Shown: positions 16,562-20,000 of the stretch, one piece after another | Position numbering within the stretch: the stretch's first letter is position 1 | Layout: every line of letters begins with the position of its first letter | IMG/VR virus record: IMGVR_UViG_3300018080_006410 | From: an uncultured virus (IMG/VR IMGVR_UViG_3300018080_006410) | Taxonomy: Duplodnaviria; Heunggongvirae; Uroviricota; Caudoviricetes | Direction: 5' to 3' (one strand) | DNA length: 20,000 nucleotides | The notes under the pieces: generated by a model | What the model was told of the DNA's origin: nothing | Seen by the model: only the letters and a program-made list of their open reading frames with translations | Database searches by the model: none | Made by a program: the position numbers and the translations under genes

Positions 16562-17119
16562 TTACGCCTTCAACCAGGACCTGACCTCCGCCACCCTCTC
16601 CTCGACGCTTTCCTTCTTCAGCTCGGTCAGGCCAACCTTCCAGTCCTCGGCGATGCCCCGCTCGATGGTGTGGATCAGGAACTGGTACCAGGGGTTCAGC
16701 GTCCTCCTCCTGTTGCTCTCCATCGGAAGGCTCCCCCGCGGACAGAGGAAGAGATGCGTGTAGGACCCAACGCTGTCCCTGCAGAACTCGAACACCTTCT
16801 TCAGGGTCTCGGGGTCGGAGTCGTTCAGCTCGCAGAGGGCGTAGGCCGCCAGGTCTATCGCCGTCCTGTCCGTCACGAAGAACTCGATACCCTCGTAGGC
16901 CTGAAAGGTCCTCTTGACCAGCTCGATCTGCCTGTGGCTGTTCGCCAGGAACCTCTCTATCTGGATGCCCGAGCCATAATCGTAGCCGTCCCGGTCCAGT
17001 ATCTCCTGGGTAACGCACTTCGACGCCAGCAGCGGCAGCCCGAGCTTTTCCGCCAGCATCCTCGCCAGCGTCGACTTCCCGGTTCCCCCCGCGCCAACCA
17101 AACCTATCCTGTAGCTCAT
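16562..17119 (-). CDS. P-loop NTPase / nucleotide-kinase-like protein (AAA_28/NadR-like)
   Basis: RIGLVGAGGTGKSTLA Walker A, FVTDRTAID (NMP-kinase-like DR motif), YTHLFLCP, 185 aa. Confidence 0.8.
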   Translation of the reverse strand: MSYRIGLVGAGGTGKSTLARMLAEKLGLPLLASKCVTQEILDRDGYDYGSGIQIERFLANSHRQIELVKRTFQAYEGIEFFVTDRTAIDLAAYALCELNDSDPETLKKVFEFCRDSVGSYTHLFLCPRGSLPMESNRRRTLNPWYQFLIHTIERGIAEDWKVGLTELKKESVEERVAEVRSWLKA

Positions 17120-17120
17120 G

Positions 17121-17723
17121 TCATGTCCTCGCCAATATCGCCACGTCCGGATCGCTCATCATGACCGCGCAGAGAGAGAACCCAACGTCCTCCAGGTCCT
17201 CAGCCATCCACTCGTCCAGCTTCACCTCGACCACCCTCCTGTAGCGGCGTCCCACGACGCACGCCAGGCCTCCCCTCTCCATCGCCGCCAGCCCCAGGGA
17301 GAACGTCCTCGACAGAGCGGCCCGGTAAGACGCCTCGTCCGCCGCCATGGAGAGCTCGCCCTCCACCTGCGAGAACGGGTTGCACCCGAAATACGGCGGA
17401 TGGACGAACATGCCCCCTATCTCCCTTCCGGGCCCCATCACCGTGGAGTCTGCCTCCACCACCCTCGGGACCCCCGACCTGACGCTGTGGGACACCAGCT
17501 CCACGCCGATGTCGTCGCACAGCTCGAAGGACGCCGGCGTCCCGTCCGGGACCGAGAACGGCTCCCACACCACCGCCGGGAAACCCGCCTCAAGCATCTC
17601 CCCGAGGAACTCCTCGAAGAGCACCGGGTTGGCATGGCCCGCCCCGAGCTCGTAGCCACCCTCGTCCCTGACGACGGTGGCACGCGTCCTCAACCTCCTG
17701 TAAGCCGTGACGGCCCCCGTCAT
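17121..17723 (-). CDS. Divergent amino-methyltransferase-like protein (N6A/N4C DNA or TRM11-like)
   Basis: MFVHPPYF (motif IV xPPY), VVWEPFSVPDG at the motif I position (DPFxGxG degenerate), ADS, GGLACVVG; ATGA overlap with the upstream gene. Confidence 0.55.
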   Translation of the reverse strand: MTGAVTAYRRLRTRATVVRDEGGYELGAGHANPVLFEEFLGEMLEAGFPAVVWEPFSVPDGTPASFELCDDIGVELVSHSVRSGVPRVVEADSTVMGPGREIGGMFVHPPYFGCNPFSQVEGELSMAADEASYRAALSRTFSLGLAAMERGGLACVVGRRYRRVVEVKLDEWMAEDLEDVGFSLCAVMMSDPDVAILART

Positions 17724-18637
17724 GAGAGCCTCCAGGCCTCCTTGAGCAGGCTGGCGAAACCAAACTTCAGGAAGAAGGCCTCAACCTTCTTCGGGTCCAC
17801 TTTCCTGGTCATCCTCGCCCTCGGCACGGGCACCACGTCCATCCTCTTGAGCGATTCGGCCAGCCTGAGCCTCTCCCCGCTGTCGAGAAAGACCTGCTCC
17901 TTCTTGCCGACCTTGCTCTTCGCCAGGATCGCAGCCCGTATGCCCGAGATGCCCCCATGCTCCTTGACGTACTTGTAGGTGGTCTTGGGCCCCCACCCGT
18001 CGACTCCGTAGATGTTGTCCTTCGACGGCCCCACCTCGCCCATGATCGCCCCGGCCTCGACCCAAAGCCGCGGCGCGAAGCCGAACTCCATCTCGAACCG
18101 CTCCTCGCTCCACGTCTCCTTCCGCATGGCGTCGTAGACGATCACGCCATCCCCGATGGCCTGGTAGAAGTCCTGGTCAGACGACACGATCACCGCCGAC
18201 CCGGCCCAGCGGGCCGCCCATCTTGCGTAAGTGTAGAGAATATCGTCCGCCTCCACCTCGGGCATCGCGACCTGGAGGGTGTTGGTCACGGCCAGGCCGT
18301 CCCGAAGAACGTCCATCTGCTCGTACATGTCCTCGATCTCGGGAGGCTTCTCCTTCTCCCTCCTGGACTGCTTGTAGTATTCCGGCACGACGCCGGCCTC
18401 GACACCCACCTTCGACTCGGCCACGCGCCTCGCGCTGCCCCCCTCGGTGTCCCAGGCGACAATCCGGAAATGGTGCGGCCACTTCTTGTGGAGACTCACG
18501 AGCTGCCTGACGAAGCCGTAGACGAGCCCCGTCGAGCTGCCATTGTAAGCGAGGTTCTTCTTCTGGTTCGCCCAGAAGACGCGATGGGCCATGTTGTTCC
18601 CGTCGATCAGCAGCAGCTTTGGTCCCTCAGACATCAT
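17720..18637 (-). CDS. Stand-alone 5'-3' exonuclease / flap endonuclease (PolA N-terminal domain, T4 RNase H-like)
   Basis: LLLIDGNNMAHR, IVAWD, YKQSR, EVEADDIL, IVSSDQDFYQ, DNIYGVDGWGPKT (H3TH motif). Confidence 0.92.
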   Translation of the reverse strand: MMSEGPKLLLIDGNNMAHRVFWANQKKNLAYNGSSTGLVYGFVRQLVSLHKKWPHHFRIVAWDTEGGSARRVAESKVGVEAGVVPEYYKQSRREKEKPPEIEDMYEQMDVLRDGLAVTNTLQVAMPEVEADDILYTYARWAARWAGSAVIVSSDQDFYQAIGDGVIVYDAMRKETWSEERFEMEFGFAPRLWVEAGAIMGEVGPSKDNIYGVDGWGPKTTYKYVKEHGGISGIRAAILAKSKVGKKEQVFLDSGERLRLAESLKRMDVVPVPRARMTRKVDPKKVEAFFLKFGFASLLKEAWRLS

Positions 18638-19751
18638 TTACCACCGTCGCTTCCACGTCTATCGCCCCTCTCGTGACCGGCACCCGCTCCACGCCGTCAG
18701 GACCCTCCTCCGGCTCCGGCGCCGGCGGATGCTCCAGGTGCGTGGCGTCCTCGATCTTCCGGCAGTATTCCTTGTCGGTCCTGAGAATCTCCAAGACCTG
18801 GACTCGACCCTGCCCCAGCTGCTCCCCCTTGAACGAGAACCAGGACCCCCTCTTGTCCACGACCCCCTTGGAGATGGCCGCGTCCAGGATGGCCGCCACC
18901 ACGTCTATGCCGTGGCCGAACGTGATATAGAAGTCGGCCTTCCGGAAGGGTGCGGCACACTTGTTCTTCTTGACCTCCGCCCGATGCTTCGTGCAGACCA
19001 CGACCCTGTTCTCCTTCGGCCCCTCCTTCACGGAGGAGATCCTCGCCATGCTGATCCGGATGGACGCCCAGTGCCGGAGAGCCCGACCGCCAGGCTGGGT
19101 GGTCTGCTCTCCCCACGACGCCCCGATCTTGTCCCTCATCTGGTTCGTCCAGAGCATCGTCGCCCGACGCCGCTTGACTTCCGCGGCCAGCTTGCGGAGC
19201 GACTGGCTCATGAGCCGTGCCTGCTCGGCGACGTGGACGTCCCCCATGGCCCCCTCGATCTCCGCCCTCGTCGTCAACGCCGCCACGGAGTCAACACCGA
19301 TGAAGCCAACGCCGAGCTGCATCATCTGCTGGGCCACGTTGAGGGCCTGCTCGCCGTCGTCCGGCTGGCTCACGATCAGCCATTTCGTGTTGACACCAAT
19401 GTTCTCGGCGTACTCCTCGTCGAAGGCGAACTCGGTGTCTATCATCGCCACATCCCGCTCCGGATGCGCCTTCTGGTACTCCGCGATCGCATGAAGGAGA
19501 ATCGTCGTCTTGCCGCTGCTCTCCGGACCGAACACCTCGATGAAGCGCCCTTCCGGATAGCCTCCGCCCATGGCGTCGTCCAGGTCCATACATCCCGACG
19601 AGAACCGGGGAAGGACGATCCTGTCCCTCGACCCGAGCCACATCACCGCGTCCTTGTTCTCACCTCCGAAATCACCACTGTTGATCGCCTTGCAAATCGC
19701 CGTTATCTGCTGCTCCCGCGTCTTCGGCGCCTTCCTGTCGGCCTTCGCCAT
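18627..19751 (-). CDS. recA: RecA recombinase
   Basis: SSG..DLD.A.GGGYPEGRFIEVFGPESSGKTT, IDTEFAFD, SQPDDGEQAL, VDSVAAL, QARLMSQSLRKL, NQMRDKIG, PGGRAL, KNKCAAPFR, GSWFSF, GQGR. Confidence 0.97.
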   Translation of the reverse strand: MAKADRKAPKTREQQITAICKAINSGDFGGENKDAVMWLGSRDRIVLPRFSSGCMDLDDAMGGGYPEGRFIEVFGPESSGKTTILLHAIAEYQKAHPERDVAMIDTEFAFDEEYAENIGVNTKWLIVSQPDDGEQALNVAQQMMQLGVGFIGVDSVAALTTRAEIEGAMGDVHVAEQARLMSQSLRKLAAEVKRRRATMLWTNQMRDKIGASWGEQTTQPGGRALRHWASIRISMARISSVKEGPKENRVVVCTKHRAEVKKNKCAAPFRKADFYITFGHGIDVVAAILDAAISKGVVDKRGSWFSFKGEQLGQGRVQVLEILRTDKEYCRKIEDATHLEHPPAPEPEEGPDGVERVPVTRGAIDVEATVVNDV

Positions 19752-19764
19752 GTCCTCGCCTCCC

Positions 19765-19800
19765 TAAAGAAGCGGACGGGAGCCAAAAGGCTCCCATCCG
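19765..19800 (-). terminator. Hairpin/putative terminator between the upstream gene and recA
   Basis: Minus strand CGGATGGGAGCC-TTTT-GGCTCCCGTCCG (12-bp stem with one G-U pair) followed by CTTCTTTA. Confidence 0.7.
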
Positions 19801-19815
19801 TCATGGTTCTCGTCG

Positions 19816-20000
19816 TCAACCCTGGTCGCGCTTGGCAACGCAGGCCTTCAGGAAGGGACATCCCTTGCACTCAGTCTCGTTCTCGTCAGCCGTCCCGAAG
19901 CACTGCCAGGTGCTCGGGTCGATTTCCGAAAAGTCAGCCGCCGGAGCAGTCTCGACAGCAGCGGCTGCCACTGCCGCCGCAGCCTGGGCCGCAGCCGGAG
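19816..20000 (-). CDS. C-terminal fragment of a protein with an Ala-rich linker and a 4-Cys tail
   Basis: Not in the ORF track. Manual translation ...PAAAQAAAAVAAAAVETAPAADFSEIDPSTWQCFGTADENETECKGCPFLKACVAKRDQG*, stop at 19816-19818. Confidence 0.65.
   Translation of the reverse strand, partial: PAAAQAAAAVAAAAVETAPAADFSEIDPSTWQCFGTADENETECKGCPFLKACVAKRDQG

Noticed and set aside
16503..17018. N-terminal part of the 607-aa ORF 15195..17018, suggesting a larger tubulin fusion
   Set aside because: It overlaps the P-loop kinase gene in another frame and reads as R/G/P-rich junk; RBS-supported starts are at 16376 or 16502.
277..18676. Many long plus-strand ORFs (e.g. 1243..2478, 3713..5095, 7698..9155, 12416..13825, 13428..14930, 15189..16553)
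   Set aside because: They are antisense shadows of well-supported minus-strand genes, expected from high-GC codon bias; no recognisable motifs.
1..20000. tRNA, rRNA, CRISPR arrays
   Set aside because: Intergenic gaps are short and I saw no cloverleaf, rRNA-like or repeat-spacer pattern; a covariance-model scan was not possible.

Overview
High-GC window in which every credible gene lies on the minus strand, densely packed and often translationally coupled (ATGA/GTGA overlaps). In transcription order (right to left): partial Cys-tailed protein, terminator, RecA, stand-alone 5'-3' exonuclease (FEN/PolA-N type), degenerate amino-methyltransferase-like protein, P-loop kinase, tubulin/FtsZ-family GTPase plus a small partner ORF and terminator, Mre11/SbcD-like phosphoesterase, ParB-like protein, hypothetical protein, DnaE (Pol III alpha) with a low-GC LAGLIDADG intein in its PHP domain, then a glycosylation cluster (two paralogous GT-A enzymes, short RmlA-type nucleotidyltransferase, a GT-A-like protein, a methyltransferase-GT9-like-GT2 fusion and a partial GT9). 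The gene content and order fit the replication/recombination module of a large (jumbo-type) phage or related extrachromosomal element better than a bacterial chromosome; this is inference, since no virion genes are in the window. All family calls come from motif recognition by eye, not database searches.
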